Assembly (NCBI GenBank): GCA_963758635.1
Contig: CAVWWD010000003.1
Span: forward strand, 1 to 64,000
Source: an uncultured Candidatus Rokubacteria bacterium
Lineage (GTDB): Bacteria; Methylomirabilota; Methylomirabilia; Rokubacteriales; CSP1-6
DNA: 64,000 nt
Direction: 5' to 3'
This document shows positions 49,901 through 60,332 of this stretch, piece by piece (positions within the stretch are counted from its first letter, which is position 1; each line of letters begins with the position of its first letter). The notes beneath the pieces are model-generated. The model was not told the origin of the DNA, did not search any database, and worked only from the letters and a program-made list of their open reading frames with translations. A program made the translations under genes and the position numbers.

Positions 49901-52133
49901 CTGACGCCGCGCGCCCCGGTCCGCCACGACCTCCTGCTGGTCGGCGGCGGTCACACGCACGTCCAGGTGCTCCGGAGCTGGGCCATGATGCCGGTGCCCG
50001 GCGTGCGCCTCACCGTGGTCGTCGATCGGCCCGTCGCCGTGTACTCGGGCATGGTCCCGGGCTTCGTGGCCGGACAGTACCGGCGCGAGGAGCTCGAGAT
50101 CGACGTGCGGCCGCTCGCGATGCGCGCGGGGGCGCGATTCGTGGTGGCGGCCGCGGTGGGCATCGACCCCGCGGAGCGGCGCGTCCGCGTGGCGGGCCGG
50201 CCGCCCATCCCCTACGACACCGCGTCGTTCGACGTGGGCTCCACGGTGGCCGGCCTCGACCTGCCCGGCGTGCGCGAGCACACGCTGCCCACGCGGCCCA
50301 TCGGCCGGTTCGTGGAGCGCGTGGACGAGCTCGTCGCGGGGGCGCGCGCGCGGGGCGCGGCGCGCGTGGTGGTGGTGGGCGCGGGAGCGGGCGGCGTGGA
50401 GCTCGCCTTCGCGCTCCGTGCCCGGCTCGCGCGCGAGGGCGTGGCGCCGGCCGAGATCACGCTCCTCGAGGGCGGGAGCCGCGTGCTGCCGGGCTATCCC
50501 CGGACGACAGCGCGGCGCATCGAGCGCCACGCCGCCGCGCGCGACATCGTGGTGCGCCTGGGCGCGCGCGTGGCCGAGGTGCGCCCGGACCACGTGCGCC
50601 TCGAGAGTGGCGAGACCATCGGCTGCGACGCGCTCGTGTGGGTGGCGGGCGCGGCGAGCCTCGGCCTCTTCCGCGAGGCCGGCCTCCCGACCGACCGTCA
50701 CGGGTTCGTCCGCGTGCGCTCCACGCTCCAGGTCGAGGGACACGACGAGCTGTTCGCGGTGGGCGACTGCGCGTGCCTGATCGGCGCGCCGACCCTGGCC
50801 AAGGCCGGGGTGTACGCCGTGCGCCAGGGGCCGCCGCTGATCGCGAACCTGCGCGCCCGTCTCACCGGCGGCCCCCTCACGACCTACTTCCCCCAGCGCG
50901 ACTTCCTCTCGCTGCTGAACCTGGGCGACGGGACCGCGGTGGCGTCGAAGTGGGGCATCTCCGCCGACGGCGGCTGGGTGTTCACGCTGAAGGACCGGAT
51001 CGACCGGCGCTTCATGGAGCGCTTCCAGGTGCTGGGCCCCGCCGGCGACGTGACGCCGGAGTTCTCCGCCCCGCCCGCCATGGCCCAGGACATGGTATGC
51101 GGCGGGTGCGCGGCGAAGGTGGGCGAGTCCGTGCTGTCGCGCGCGCTCGCGCGGCTCGGGGCGCCCACGGATCCCGATGTCGTCATGGGCCTCGCCGAGC
51201 CGGACGACGCCGCCGCCGTCGTTACGCCGCGGGGCGAGGTGATCGTCGTCCACCGTGGACGCGTTCCGCGCCTTCACCGACGACGCCTACCTGGTGGGCC
51301 GCGTGGCCGCGGTGAACGCGGCCAGCGACCTCTGGGCCAAGGGCGTGTCGCCGCGCTTCGCCCTCGCCCAGGTCGAGGTGCCCGACGCCGACCCGGAGCG
51401 CGCGGAGGAGACGCTCTTCCAGGCTCTGGCGGGCGCCCGCGCCGTCCTCGACGCGGAGGGCATCACGCTGCTGGGCGGCCACACCACCAACGGCGACGAC
51501 CTCGCCGTGGGCTTCACCATGTTCGGCACCGCGGAGTCCGCCTCCGGCCTGCTTCGCATCGGCGGCCTCGCGCCGGGCGACCGTCTCGTCCTCACCAAGC
51601 CCGTGGGGACCGGCGTCCTCTTCTTCGCCGACGCGCGCGGCCTGGCGCGCGGCGCGTGGATGGAGGCGGCGCTGGCGTCGATGCTGCGCACCAACGCCGC
51701 GGCCTCGCGCGTGGCCAGGTCGATGGGCGCCACCGCGTGCACGGACGTGAGCGGCTTCGGCCTCGCCGGCCACCTCGGCGAGATGCTGCGCGCGAGCAAG
51801 GCCGGCGCGGTGGTGGACCTCGCCGCGGTGCCGCTCCTGCCCGGCGCGGGCGCGCTGCTCGCGCGGGGCCTGCGCAGCACCTTCCACCCGGAGAACGCGC
51901 GCGCGCGGCGGGCGCTCCGCATCGGGCCGGCGGCGGCGGCGCGGCCCGCGCTCGACGCGCTCTTCGACCCGCAGACCTCGGGCGGCCTGCTCTTCGGTGT
52001 GCCCGCGGCGCGGGCCGCCGAGGCCGTGGCCGCGCTTCGCGCCGGCGGCGACCTGCACGCCGCGGTGATCGGCGAGGTGACGCCCCCCCGGGAGGACCTC
52101 GCCCTCTTCGAGGTGACGGTGTCGGGCGCCTGA
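49901..52133 (+). CDS. selD: FAD-dependent oxidoreductase (NDH-2-like) fused to selenophosphate synthetase, frameshift near 51250
   Basis: LLLVGGGHTH, YSGMVPG, VVGAGAGGVEL, FAVGDCA; MVCGGCAAKVG, DDAAAV, NAASDLWAKG, GGHT, LTKPVGTG, TDVSGFGLAGHL, DPQTSGGLL; only a CTG start is available after GGAGG. Confidence 0.88.
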
Positions 52134-52238
52134 GCTTCAGGCGCCGCGGAGAGGGAGTTGATGAATGGGAGACGGCACTCCGCGTGTACGCAGAATCGCG
52201 GTGTTGGCCCGCCCGCCGAGGTCAGAATCCGCGTTCGT

Positions 52239-52847
52239 TCACAACCTCAACCGGTAGACGCAGCCCTGCCGGAGCTTCTGGATCCCCGCACGATCGAGGG
52301 TCGCGGTGCGCGTTCCCAGCTCGCCGCGCGCGTTCCGCCGGAAGTCGGCCTGCGCGACCTCGGCGAGGTAGACCTCGGTGAAGGTCATCGGCCGCCGGTC
52401 CATGGCCGGCTCGGTGACGCGATCCACCTCGTAGACGAACACGCAGAGCCACTGGTCGCGCGCGCCGTGGGTGTCCACCGCGCCGCCGCCCTTGCGCGTG
52501 GTCTTGATCTCCACGCCCTCCGTGCCCGCGCGGACCGCGTTGTCCGGGTAGCGCCCGCGCACGACGAGGTCGGGATGGCCGTTGTGGTAGCGGTTCTCGG
52601 TGAGGGCCCGGGCGTGCTTCGCCAGGCTCGCGGTGAGCATGTCGGAGAGCAGGCCGGACATGATGGCGGGACGCAGGAAGTCGTCCAGGCGCTCGAGGCC
52701 CTTGCCCTGCAGGAAGGCGTTCACGTCGAAGAAGAAGTCGTACACGTCCTGCATGGCGATGGCGAAGTCGTCGATGCGGAGCTCGTAGGGCAGGGGCAGC
52801 GCGGCGTTGAGCCGGTCGCGGTCTATCTGATTCTTGCCGAGTGGCAT
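52239..52847 (-). CDS. putative type II restriction endonuclease (PD-(D/E)xK)
   Basis: HPDL...GVEIKTT motif; divergent from a DNA methyltransferase. Confidence 0.65.
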   Translation of the reverse strand: MPLGKNQIDRDRLNAALPLPYELRIDDFAIAMQDVYDFFFDVNAFLQGKGLERLDDFLRPAIMSGLLSDMLTASLAKHARALTENRYHNGHPDLVVRGRYPDNAVRAGTEGVEIKTTRKGGGAVDTHGARDQWLCVFVYEVDRVTEPAMDRRPMTFTEVYLAEVAQADFRRNARGELGTRTATLDRAGIQKLRQGCVYRLRL

Positions 52848-52912
52848 GTCGCCGCGATGGTACTCCGCGGCCGCGGGCGGGCGGGGAAGCGAATGACTTA
52901 CAATCTCCGCTG

Positions 52913-53803
52913 ATGTCGAAGGCGCTCACGTCGAAGCCGGTCTTCACGCACGGGCGGGCGCGGCTCTATCGCGCCGACTGCCTCCGCTGGCTCGCCGGCG
53001 AGCCGCCCGCGAGCATCCACGCGGTGGTGACCGACCCGCCGTACGGCCTGGTCGAGTACACCCGGAAGGAGCAGGCGAAGCTCCGGCGCGGCCGAGGCGG
53101 CGTGTGGCGGATCCCGCCCTCGTTCGACGGTCACCAGCGATCGCCGCTGCCGCGCTTCACCACGCTCACCGACGCGGACCTGAGCGCGCTCGACTCCTTC
53201 TTCTTCGCCTGGGCCAAGGCCCTGACGCCGGTCCTCGTGCCCGGCGCCCACGTCGTCGTCGCCTCCAACCCCCTCGTCTCGTACGTGGTGGCGAGCGCGA
53301 TCGCGCGGACCGGGCTCGAGCGCCGGGGCGACGTCGTCCGGCTCGTGATGACCATGCGCGGCGGCGACCGCCCGAAGAACGCGCACCGCGAGTTCGCGGG
53401 CGTGACCGTGATGCCGCGCTCGATGTGGGAGCCGTGGCTCCTGTTCCGCAAGCCCGTGGAGGGCCGCGTCCAGGACAACCTCAGGAAGTGGAACACGGGA
53501 GGGTTGCGGCGGCTGTCCGACCGGCAGCCGTTCGGCGACGTGGTGTCGTCACACCCGACGCGCCCGGCCGAGCGCGCGATCGCCCCGCACCCGAGCCTCA
53601 AGCCGCAGGCCTTCCTGCGTCACATCGTGCGCGCGGTGCTTCCGCTGGGCGAGGGCGTCGTGCTCGATCCCTTCGCGGGCTCGGGCTCGACGCTGGCCGC
53701 CGCCGAGTCGGTCGGGTACGAGAGCGTGGGCGTGGAGATCGATCCGCACTACGTGGCGATGGCCCGCCGCGCCATCCCCCGCCTCGCCGCGCTCGAGCCC
53801 TGA
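52913..53803 (+). CDS. beta-class N6-adenine/N4-cytosine DNA methyltransferase
   Basis: motif IV VVTDPPY precedes HPSLKP and motif I VLDPFAGSGST. Confidence 0.92.
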   Translation: MSKALTSKPVFTHGRARLYRADCLRWLAGEPPASIHAVVTDPPYGLVEYTRKEQAKLRRGRGGVWRIPPSFDGHQRSPLPRFTTLTDADLSALDSFFFAWAKALTPVLVPGAHVVVASNPLVSYVVASAIARTGLERRGDVVRLVMTMRGGDRPKNAHREFAGVTVMPRSMWEPWLLFRKPVEGRVQDNLRKWNTGGLRRLSDRQPFGDVVSSHPTRPAERAIAPHPSLKPQAFLRHIVRAVLPLGEGVVLDPFAGSGSTLAAAESVGYESVGVEIDPHYVAMARRAIPRLAALEP

Positions 53804-53848
53804 CCTTCCCTGACCGTTCGGAACGATTCGCAAGTCAACGCGCGAGAT

Positions 53849-54018
53849 CGGGGTCGCGCGGGGCGCGGGGAGGCACCTGGGGTCGCCGGGGCCCTTCCCC
53901 TCCATCGGTTAGCGGACCGAGCCCGCCCGGATGGAGCCCAGCCGCAGCAGCGGGGCAGCGGACGCGTGCGGCGTGGTCCCGGGACCCCAGGTGCCTCCCC
54001 GCGCCCCGCGCGACCCCG
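53849..54018. repeat. 170-bp element bounded by a perfect 36-bp inverted repeat
   Basis: 53849-53884 CGGGGTCGCGCGGGGCGCGGGGAGGCACCTGGGGTC is the exact reverse complement of 53983-54018. Confidence 0.9.
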
Positions 54019-54028
54019 CCTCGACCGG

Positions 54029-55159
54029 TCAGCCGGCGGTTGCGGGCTGGAAGCGGTCGCGGACCTCCACCGACAGCGCGCCCTGGCGGCAGGTGGCGAG
54101 GGTGTAGGTGGCGTAGGCGGAGCGGCACGGCGAGCCCTTCGCGACGGAGAGCTCCCGCGCGGTCAGGTCGCCGATCAGCGAGGCCACGGTCTGGAGGTTG
54201 CGTCCCGGGAACGGGTGCGCGCACACGCTGTGGGGCGCGTTCGCGTGGTCGCGGTAGAAGGCCTGGACGTCGCTCACCGTGATCGGGGCGGTGGCGGTCT
54301 CGAAGAGCTCGGTCAGGCGCGCGCGACGATGGCAGGAGTTCTCCGGCGCGGTCTCGTAGCCGGCGAACTCCGGCGCCTCCAGGTGGTTGGCGTGCACGAG
54401 GAGATCGTCCGTGCCGCGCAGCACCGCGACCTCCTTGCGCAGCACCTCGGCGTCCAGGAACACGCCGCCGGCGTCGGCGATCAGGAGGTTGCGCGAGGCC
54501 GCGCGGGGCGGCGCGAGCGCCGCGGCGAGCGCGCGCTCGGCGCTGTCCGCGCGCATGGCGAGGCGGGACAGCAGGTAGCGGGGCAGGCCCTCGCCCCACC
54601 CCGACGGGTCGTTGATGAAGTTGGCGCAGATGCCCACGCCCGCCTCGTTCAGGCCGTTGTGTCCCAGGAGGCCCGCGGTGGTGTAGAGGAGCGTGGCCGG
54701 CGCGTCCTTCGGATACTGCCGGATCACCACGCCGTACTCCTGGATGAACGGGACCAGGTCGACGTTCTGGCCGAAGATCACGCTCCCGCCCGCGGTGCGG
54801 CGGCCGCCCACCGCGAACGTCGTGCACTCGAGCGCGGGCGGCGGCGTGCGGTCCTTCTGGGTCCGCATCACCTCGGCACGGGCCTGGAGCAGCAGGAGAT
54901 GGTCGAGCGGAAGGCCGGAGCCGCGCGCCATGCCCTCGAGCTCCTCCCAGAGGAAGGGCGCGTGCGCCTGGATGGCGGGCGCGTAGGACGTCGCGGTGGC
55001 GAGGGCGGCCTCGCGCGTGCAGCCCGTCTCCGCGCGGACGTGGCCCAGCCACGCCTCGACGTGACGATCGATCAGGGGCGCCAGCATCTGGCCGACCTGC
55101 TGCCCCATGTCGCCCCAGCTCCCCTGCACGTGGATGAAGGGAAGGATCTCCGTCGCCAT
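54029..55159 (-). CDS. C45 family peptidase / acyl-CoA:6-APA acyltransferase-like Ntn hydrolase
   Basis: ECTTFAV autoproteolytic Cys, GQNVD, GLNEAGV, VHANH. Confidence 0.88.
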   Translation of the reverse strand: MATEILPFIHVQGSWGDMGQQVGQMLAPLIDRHVEAWLGHVRAETGCTREAALATATSYAPAIQAHAPFLWEELEGMARGSGLPLDHLLLLQARAEVMRTQKDRTPPPALECTTFAVGGRRTAGGSVIFGQNVDLVPFIQEYGVVIRQYPKDAPATLLYTTAGLLGHNGLNEAGVGICANFINDPSGWGEGLPRYLLSRLAMRADSAERALAAALAPPRAASRNLLIADAGGVFLDAEVLRKEVAVLRGTDDLLVHANHLEAPEFAGYETAPENSCHRRARLTELFETATAPITVSDVQAFYRDHANAPHSVCAHPFPGRNLQTVASLIGDLTARELSVAKGSPCRSAYATYTLATCRQGALSVEVRDRFQPATAG

Positions 55160-55193
55160 CGCGCGTCCTCCTCCGGTTGTCGACGCCGAAGCG

Positions 55194-55733
55194 TCAGCGG
55201 TTGTACGGGAGCTTCAGCAGGAGCGCGGCCATGCCGCAGTGCCCGGTGCTCCCCGCGAAGACGAGCCCGGCGCCGACGAACCCGCTGAGCAGCAGGAACC
55301 ACGGCGAGACGAGCGCGCCGAGCACGGTGCCCGCCACGACGAGCGACCCGGCGACGATCTGCACCTGGCGGATGACCGGCAGCGGCGCTCCCCGCGTGGA
55401 CTCCACGGGCAGGCCGGCCTGCTTCCACGCCGAGATCCCGCCCTCCAGGTTGTAGACCTCGCCGCGGCCGGCGCCGGCGAGGCGCTGGGCGGCCTTGCCG
55501 GAGGCGACACCGATCTCGCAGTGCAGGACGAGCCGCTGGCCGGCGCCCACCGGCAGGCGCGCGGAGTCGATCGTGGCGTCCGGGACGGACACGGCGCCGG
55601 CGATCCGCTCGGCGGCGTGCATGCCCGGGGGCCGCACGTCGATCAGCGCGGCCTCGCCCGCGGCCAGCCACCCGTGGAGCGTCTTCGCGTCCACGCTCTT
55701 CACTCCGCCCTGCGTCGTCGCCGTTGCCGGCAT
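55194..55733 (-). CDS. rhodanese + DUF2892 membrane protein (YgaP-like)
   Basis: LIDVRP, LHCEIG, LEGGISAW, RQVQIVAGSL, GFVGAGLVFAG.TG.CGMA. Confidence 0.9.
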   Translation of the reverse strand: MPATATTQGGVKSVDAKTLHGWLAAGEAALIDVRPPGMHAAERIAGAVSVPDATIDSARLPVGAGQRLVLHCEIGVASGKAAQRLAGAGRGEVYNLEGGISAWKQAGLPVESTRGAPLPVIRQVQIVAGSLVVAGTVLGALVSPWFLLLSGFVGAGLVFAGSTGHCGMAALLLKLPYNR

Positions 55734-55763
55734 GCGCGTCTCCTTCCCGAAAGGGCGGGCCGC

Positions 55764-56886
55764 TCAGCCCGCCGACTTGAGGCCGATCACGTTGAAGGCG
55801 GTGACGGGGCGCTGGAACCCCTTGAGGGTCAGCTCGCCCACCGCCTCGAGGTCGACCGCGTTGTCGGCGACGGTGGCGATCACGCGCCGCGGACGAGGAT
55901 CTGTCCGGCGCGCGCCTCCCCGCACAGCCGGGCGGCGAGGTTCGTCACGTTGCCGATGGCGCCGTAGTCCATGCGGCCCTCGAAGCCGATGGCCCCGATG
56001 GTGGCATAGCCCTGGGCGATGCCCACGCCGGCGTCCAGGTTGTAGCCCATCCGATCCCATCGTGCACACAGCCCGGCCACGCGCTCGCGCATGGCCAGCG
56101 CCATGCGGACCGCGCGCTCGGCGGGATTGGGCACCGGGACGGGATCGTTGAAGAAGATCATCATGCCGTCGCCGGTGAAGCGCTCGAGCGTGCCCTCGTG
56201 CTCGACGATGAGCTGGCCCATGGCCGCGTGGTACTCGCGGAGCACGCTCATCACCTCCTCGGGCTCGGCCGTCTCCGCGAAGGCGGTCCAGCCGCGCAGG
56301 TCCACGAAGACGACGGTGATCTCGCGGCGATGGCTCTTCAGGGGGTCTTCGGCGTCGCCGGTCAGGATCATGTCGGCGAGCTGGGGCGAGAAGAACCGCT
56401 TGAGGCGGCCCATGCGATCGAGCTGGTTCACCTGGTCCTGCACGCGCTGCTCCAGGTTCTTGTTCACTCCGCGAGCTGGCCGGCCTGGAGCTGCACGGTG
56501 TCGTAGAGCTGCTTCACGCGCACGAGGGAGCGGACACGGGCGAGCAGCTCGGCGTGGTTCACCGGCTTGGTGAGGAAGTCGTCGGCTCCCGCCTCCAGGC
56601 CCTTGATGCGCTCCTGCGAGGGGTCGAGCGCCGTCACCATGACCACGGGCAGGATGCCGGTGGCGGGGTTGTCGCGGATGCGCTTGCAGACCTCGTAGCC
56701 GCTCATCTGCGGCATCATCACGTCGAGCAGCACGATGTCCGGCCGCTCGGCCTCCACCTTGTCCAGGGCCTCGGGCCCCGACGCGGCGGTCACCACGGCG
56801 TAGCCCTTCACCGACAGCAGGTCGGCGAGCAGCTTGACGTTCTGGGGCGTGTCGTCGACGACCAGGACCTTGGCGGGGGCGGTCAC
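55764..56886 (-). CDS. response regulator receiver + class III adenylate/guanylate cyclase, frameshifted
   Basis: VLVVDD, LLDVMMP, GADDFLTKP; HRREITVVFVDLRG, TGDGMM, DYGAIGNVTNLAARLC, LKGF. Confidence 0.88.
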
Positions 56887-57274
56887 GAGCCGCCTCCGCG
56901 GCCGGCGCGCGAGCATCGCGGCCACCGCCTCCACGAAGCCCTTCACGTTGATCGGCTTGGCCTGGTAGGCGTCGAAGCCGGCGGCGAGGATCTTCTGGCG
57001 ATCGTGGGTCATGGCCGACGCGGTGACCGCCATGACCGGGATGTCGCGCGTCCGCGGATCGGCGCGCAGGTGACCGAGCGCGTCGATCCCGCTCATGCCC
57101 GGGAGCTGGATGTCCATGAGGATCAGCGCGGGCGGCGACTCCTGGGCCATGCGGATCGCCCTCCTCCGCCGTCTCGGACTCCATGGTCTGGTACCCCTTG
57201 AACTGGAGCACGTCGCGCACCAGCTTCCGGTTCTTCTCGTTGTCCTCGACGATCAGGATCAGCTCGCTCGGCAT
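56883..57274 (-). CDS. single-domain response regulator (DivK/CheY-like), frameshifted
   Basis: ILIVEDNEKN, LMDIQLPGMSG, AVTASAM, KPI; GTGA overlap with next gene. Confidence 0.85.
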
Positions 57275-57346
57275 GGGATCAACCAGTCTGCTCCGGGAGC
57301 GTGAGAGTGGAGATCGCGCCGGTGGCCGCGTCGCTCCCGATCCGCC

Positions 57347-60298
57347 TCACGCCGGCGTCTCCGCCGGGCGCGCCAGGGGGAGCGTGAACGTGAAGGTCGA
57401 CCCGCGGCCCAGCTCGCTCTTCACCCAGACCGTGCCGCCGTGGAGCTCGACGAGGCGGCGCGTGAGGGACAGGCCGAGCCCGGTGCCTTCGCGCTTGCGC
57501 GCGTAGTCGCTGCCGACCTGCCGGAACTCCTCGAAGATCGCCTCCTGGTCCTCGGGGGCGATGCCGATCCCCGTGTCCGACACCGCGACCTCGATCGAGC
57601 CGTTCACCGCCTCCGCCCGGACCTCGACGCGGCCGCCCTCCGGCGTGAACTTCACCGCGTTGGAGAGGAGGTTCAGGAGGATCTGCTTCACCTTGCGCTC
57701 GTCGGCGTTCACGGCGCCCACGTCCTTGCCCACCGTCTGCGCGATGTGGATGCCGTGGGTGGTGGCGCGCTCGCGCACCAGCGTGAGGGCGTTGTCGATG
57801 GCCGCGGGCAGATCGAACGTCGCGAGCTCCAGCTCCATCCGGCCCGCTTCCACCTTGGACAGGTCGAGGATGTCGTTGATCAGGGACAGCAGGTGGCGGC
57901 CGGAGGACAGCACGTCCTGAAGGTACTCCTCCTGCTTGGGGTTCACGTCGCCGAACATGCGGTCGATCAGCACCTCCGAGAAGCCGATGATGGCGTTCAG
58001 CGGCGTGCGGAGCTCGTGCGACATGTTGGCGAGGAACTCCGACTTGTGCCGGTTGGCGACCTCGAGCTGCCGGCCCTTGTCCTCGATCTCCCCGAAGAGC
58101 CGCGCGTTCTGGAGCGCGAGCGCGGACTGGGTGGCGAAGGTCTGCAGGAGCTGCACCGTGTCGGGCGGGAACTCGCCCGCCGTCTTCCGGTTGACCACGA
58201 GGCCGCCGATGATCCGGCCCTCGGAGAGGAGCGGCACGGCGAGGAGGCTCCGCACGCCCACCCGGAGGAGCGCATCGCGCAGACGTCCCGCGTAGGCGCC
58301 TTCCTGCGTGATGTCGGGGACCTGGACGGGCTCCCGGGTGTCCGCGAGCCGCCCGACCGCGCCCTCCCCGCGCCTGAGATGCCCCTCGCGCCTGGCGACG
58401 CCGAGCACGCCCTCGATGCCCTGCTCGGCGCGGAGGAGGAACACCTCGCGCTCCTCGTCGTACTCGTAGATGGCGCCGCCGTCGGTGCCCGCGAGCTGAC
58501 AGGCGCGGAACACGATCGTCGTGAGCACGGTGTCCAGGTCGAGCGTGGAGCTGACGGCGCGCCCGACGTCGCTCAGCGCCGTGAGCTGCTGCACCGAGCG
58601 GGTCAGGTCGCTGGTGCGCGCCTGGAGCTCACCGAACAGCCGCACGTTCTCGATGGCGATGACGGCCTGGTCGGCGAAGGTCTGCAGCAGGGCGACCTGC
58701 TTCTCCGAGAAAAACCCTGTCTCGCTCCGGGCCAGCACGATCCCCCCGATCGCGTGCCCCTCTCGCAGCATGGGGAGCGCGATCGTGCTCCGTGGCCGCT
58801 CGCTCTCGACGACCCAGGGCACGCCGACGGGCTGCGCCGCGTAGTCCGGGACCTGCGTGACACGCCGGTCGCGGATGGCCTGCGCGACGAGGCTTCCGTC
58901 GCCGGGCGGCATTGGGAAGTGCCGGCGGACCACGGCGAGCTGGGCCTCGGGCCACCGGTACGCCGTCACGAAGTGCACCAGCTCGCCGTCGAAGTGAAAG
59001 ACTCCGCCGAAGCGGGCGGCGTCGCAGAGACGGACCGCGCGCTCGAGGATCGCCTCGAAAACGGGCCGCGCGTCGGTGGGCGAGCTGGAGATCACCCGCA
59101 GGATGTCCGCGGTCGCCGTCTGCTGCTCGAGCGCCTCGGAGAGCTCGCGCGTGCGGTCCTCCACCTTGTGCTCGAGGTTGGCGTAGGACTCCTGGAGCTG
59201 CGCCGCCGTGCGGTTGAACTGGTCGGCCAGGCTCTCGAGCTCGTCGCCCGTGCGCACCTCGATGCGATGGCCGAGGTCGCCCGCGCCGATGCGCGCGGCG
59301 CCCGTGCCGAGGGCCTGGATCGGGGTGACCATGCGGCGGGCGAGGAAGAGGCTCGCCACCCAGGCGAGCACGATGCCCACGGCGAGGAGGCCGAGGGTCC
59401 GCTGGGCGGAGCCGTAGAGGGGCGCGAGCGCCTCGCCCACCGGGAGCTCGACGAACACCGTCCAGCCGAGCGGCTGGACGCGCGCCGACGCGGTCAGCAC
59501 CTGGCGGCCCTCCGGGTCCGTGGCGATCGTGATGGGCTCGCCCGGCGCGGCCCCGGGCGCGGCGATGGCCGCCCGCACCTGGGGGAGCCGCGAGAGGTCG
59601 CTCTTCTGGAGGACGAGGCTCATGTCGGGATGGGCCACGAGGTGCCCGCGGTCGTCCACCACGTAGGCGCGGCCCGCCTTGCCCACCTTGATCTGCGACA
59701 CCACGTCCCAGATGAACTTGAGGTTCAGCTCGGCCACGGTCACGCCGGGATCGCGGCCCGCCACGGCCAGGCGCATGTACGGCTCGGAGTCCTTCCGGAA
59801 GTACACCGGGCTGTAGTACGGGCGCGCCACCGGCGGCTGCGCGCTGGCGCCGCTCCGCGGCACCGTGAAGCGCGGATCCTGCGAGTAGTCGGTGTCGCCG
59901 CCGATCACGTCCATGGCCAGGCGGGACACGCGGAGCTGCTCGCGCCCCCGGGCGTCGAGATAGCTCGACTCGGTGATGGCGAGGACGCGGAGCTGCAGCC
60001 GCACGAAGTCGAAGCGCCGCTGCTCGATGACGCTGCCGGTGGGCGCCAGCACCGGCTCCGTCGTCCACGCGAGCTGCCGCTCCACCTCCTTCACGAACTG
60101 CTCGATGCGGGAGGCGACGCCGAGGGCCTTCTCCTCCTGGAGCGCGACGAGGGCGGCCCGGCTCTCCTTGTAGGAGAAGTAGATCTCGATGAGGCCGCTC
60201 GTCAGGAGGGCCCCGCTGACGAGCAGGACGAAGAGGACGACGTACTTCCGAACAAGCCGCCGCCGCGGATTCCGCAGGGCCACCGCGGGAGCCTCCAC
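57347..60298 (-). CDS. membrane sensor histidine kinase (Cache, HAMP, two GAF, HisKA, HATPase)
   Basis: two TM helices, YVVD..G.LVAHPD, TGDELESLA..FN, two GAF repeats, FLANMSHELRTPLN, NLLSNAVKFT, DTGIGI, GTGLGL. Confidence 0.93.
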   Translation of the reverse strand: MEAPAVALRNPRRRLVRKYVVLFVLLVSGALLTSGLIEIYFSYKESRAALVALQEEKALGVASRIEQFVKEVERQLAWTTEPVLAPTGSVIEQRRFDFVRLQLRVLAITESSYLDARGREQLRVSRLAMDVIGGDTDYSQDPRFTVPRSGASAQPPVARPYYSPVYFRKDSEPYMRLAVAGRDPGVTVAELNLKFIWDVVSQIKVGKAGRAYVVDDRGHLVAHPDMSLVLQKSDLSRLPQVRAAIAAPGAAPGEPITIATDPEGRQVLTASARVQPLGWTVFVELPVGEALAPLYGSAQRTLGLLAVGIVLAWVASLFLARRMVTPIQALGTGAARIGAGDLGHRIEVRTGDELESLADQFNRTAAQLQESYANLEHKVEDRTRELSEALEQQTATADILRVISSSPTDARPVFEAILERAVRLCDAARFGGVFHFDGELVHFVTAYRWPEAQLAVVRRHFPMPPGDGSLVAQAIRDRRVTQVPDYAAQPVGVPWVVESERPRSTIALPMLREGHAIGGIVLARSETGFFSEKQVALLQTFADQAVIAIENVRLFGELQARTSDLTRSVQQLTALSDVGRAVSSTLDLDTVLTTIVFRACQLAGTDGGAIYEYDEEREVFLLRAEQGIEGVLGVARREGHLRRGEGAVGRLADTREPVQVPDITQEGAYAGRLRDALLRVGVRSLLAVPLLSEGRIIGGLVVNRKTAGEFPPDTVQLLQTFATQSALALQNARLFGEIEDKGRQLEVANRHKSEFLANMSHELRTPLNAIIGFSEVLIDRMFGDVNPKQEEYLQDVLSSGRHLLSLINDILDLSKVEAGRMELELATFDLPAAIDNALTLVRERATTHGIHIAQTVGKDVGAVNADERKVKQILLNLLSNAVKFTPEGGRVEVRAEAVNGSIEVAVSDTGIGIAPEDQEAIFEEFRQVGSDYARKREGTGLGLSLTRRLVELHGGTVWVKSELGRGSTFTFTLPLARPAETPA

Positions 60299-60332
60299 GC
60301 CGGGGACTACTCCGGCCGCGCGGGGGCGGTGG

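Noticed and set aside
51090..51120. selenocysteine in SelD
   Set aside because: Motif is encoded TGC GGC GGG TGC (Cys-Gly-Gly-Cys); no in-frame TGA.
56464..57150. tandem double-receiver fusion protein
   Set aside because: Better explained by indels joining two genes that overlap at GTGA (56883-56886).
33390..57274. programmed frameshifting or mass pseudogenisation of core genes
   Set aside because: Single-base shifts are scattered through unrelated, otherwise conserved genes without slippery-site signatures; sequencing indels are more likely.
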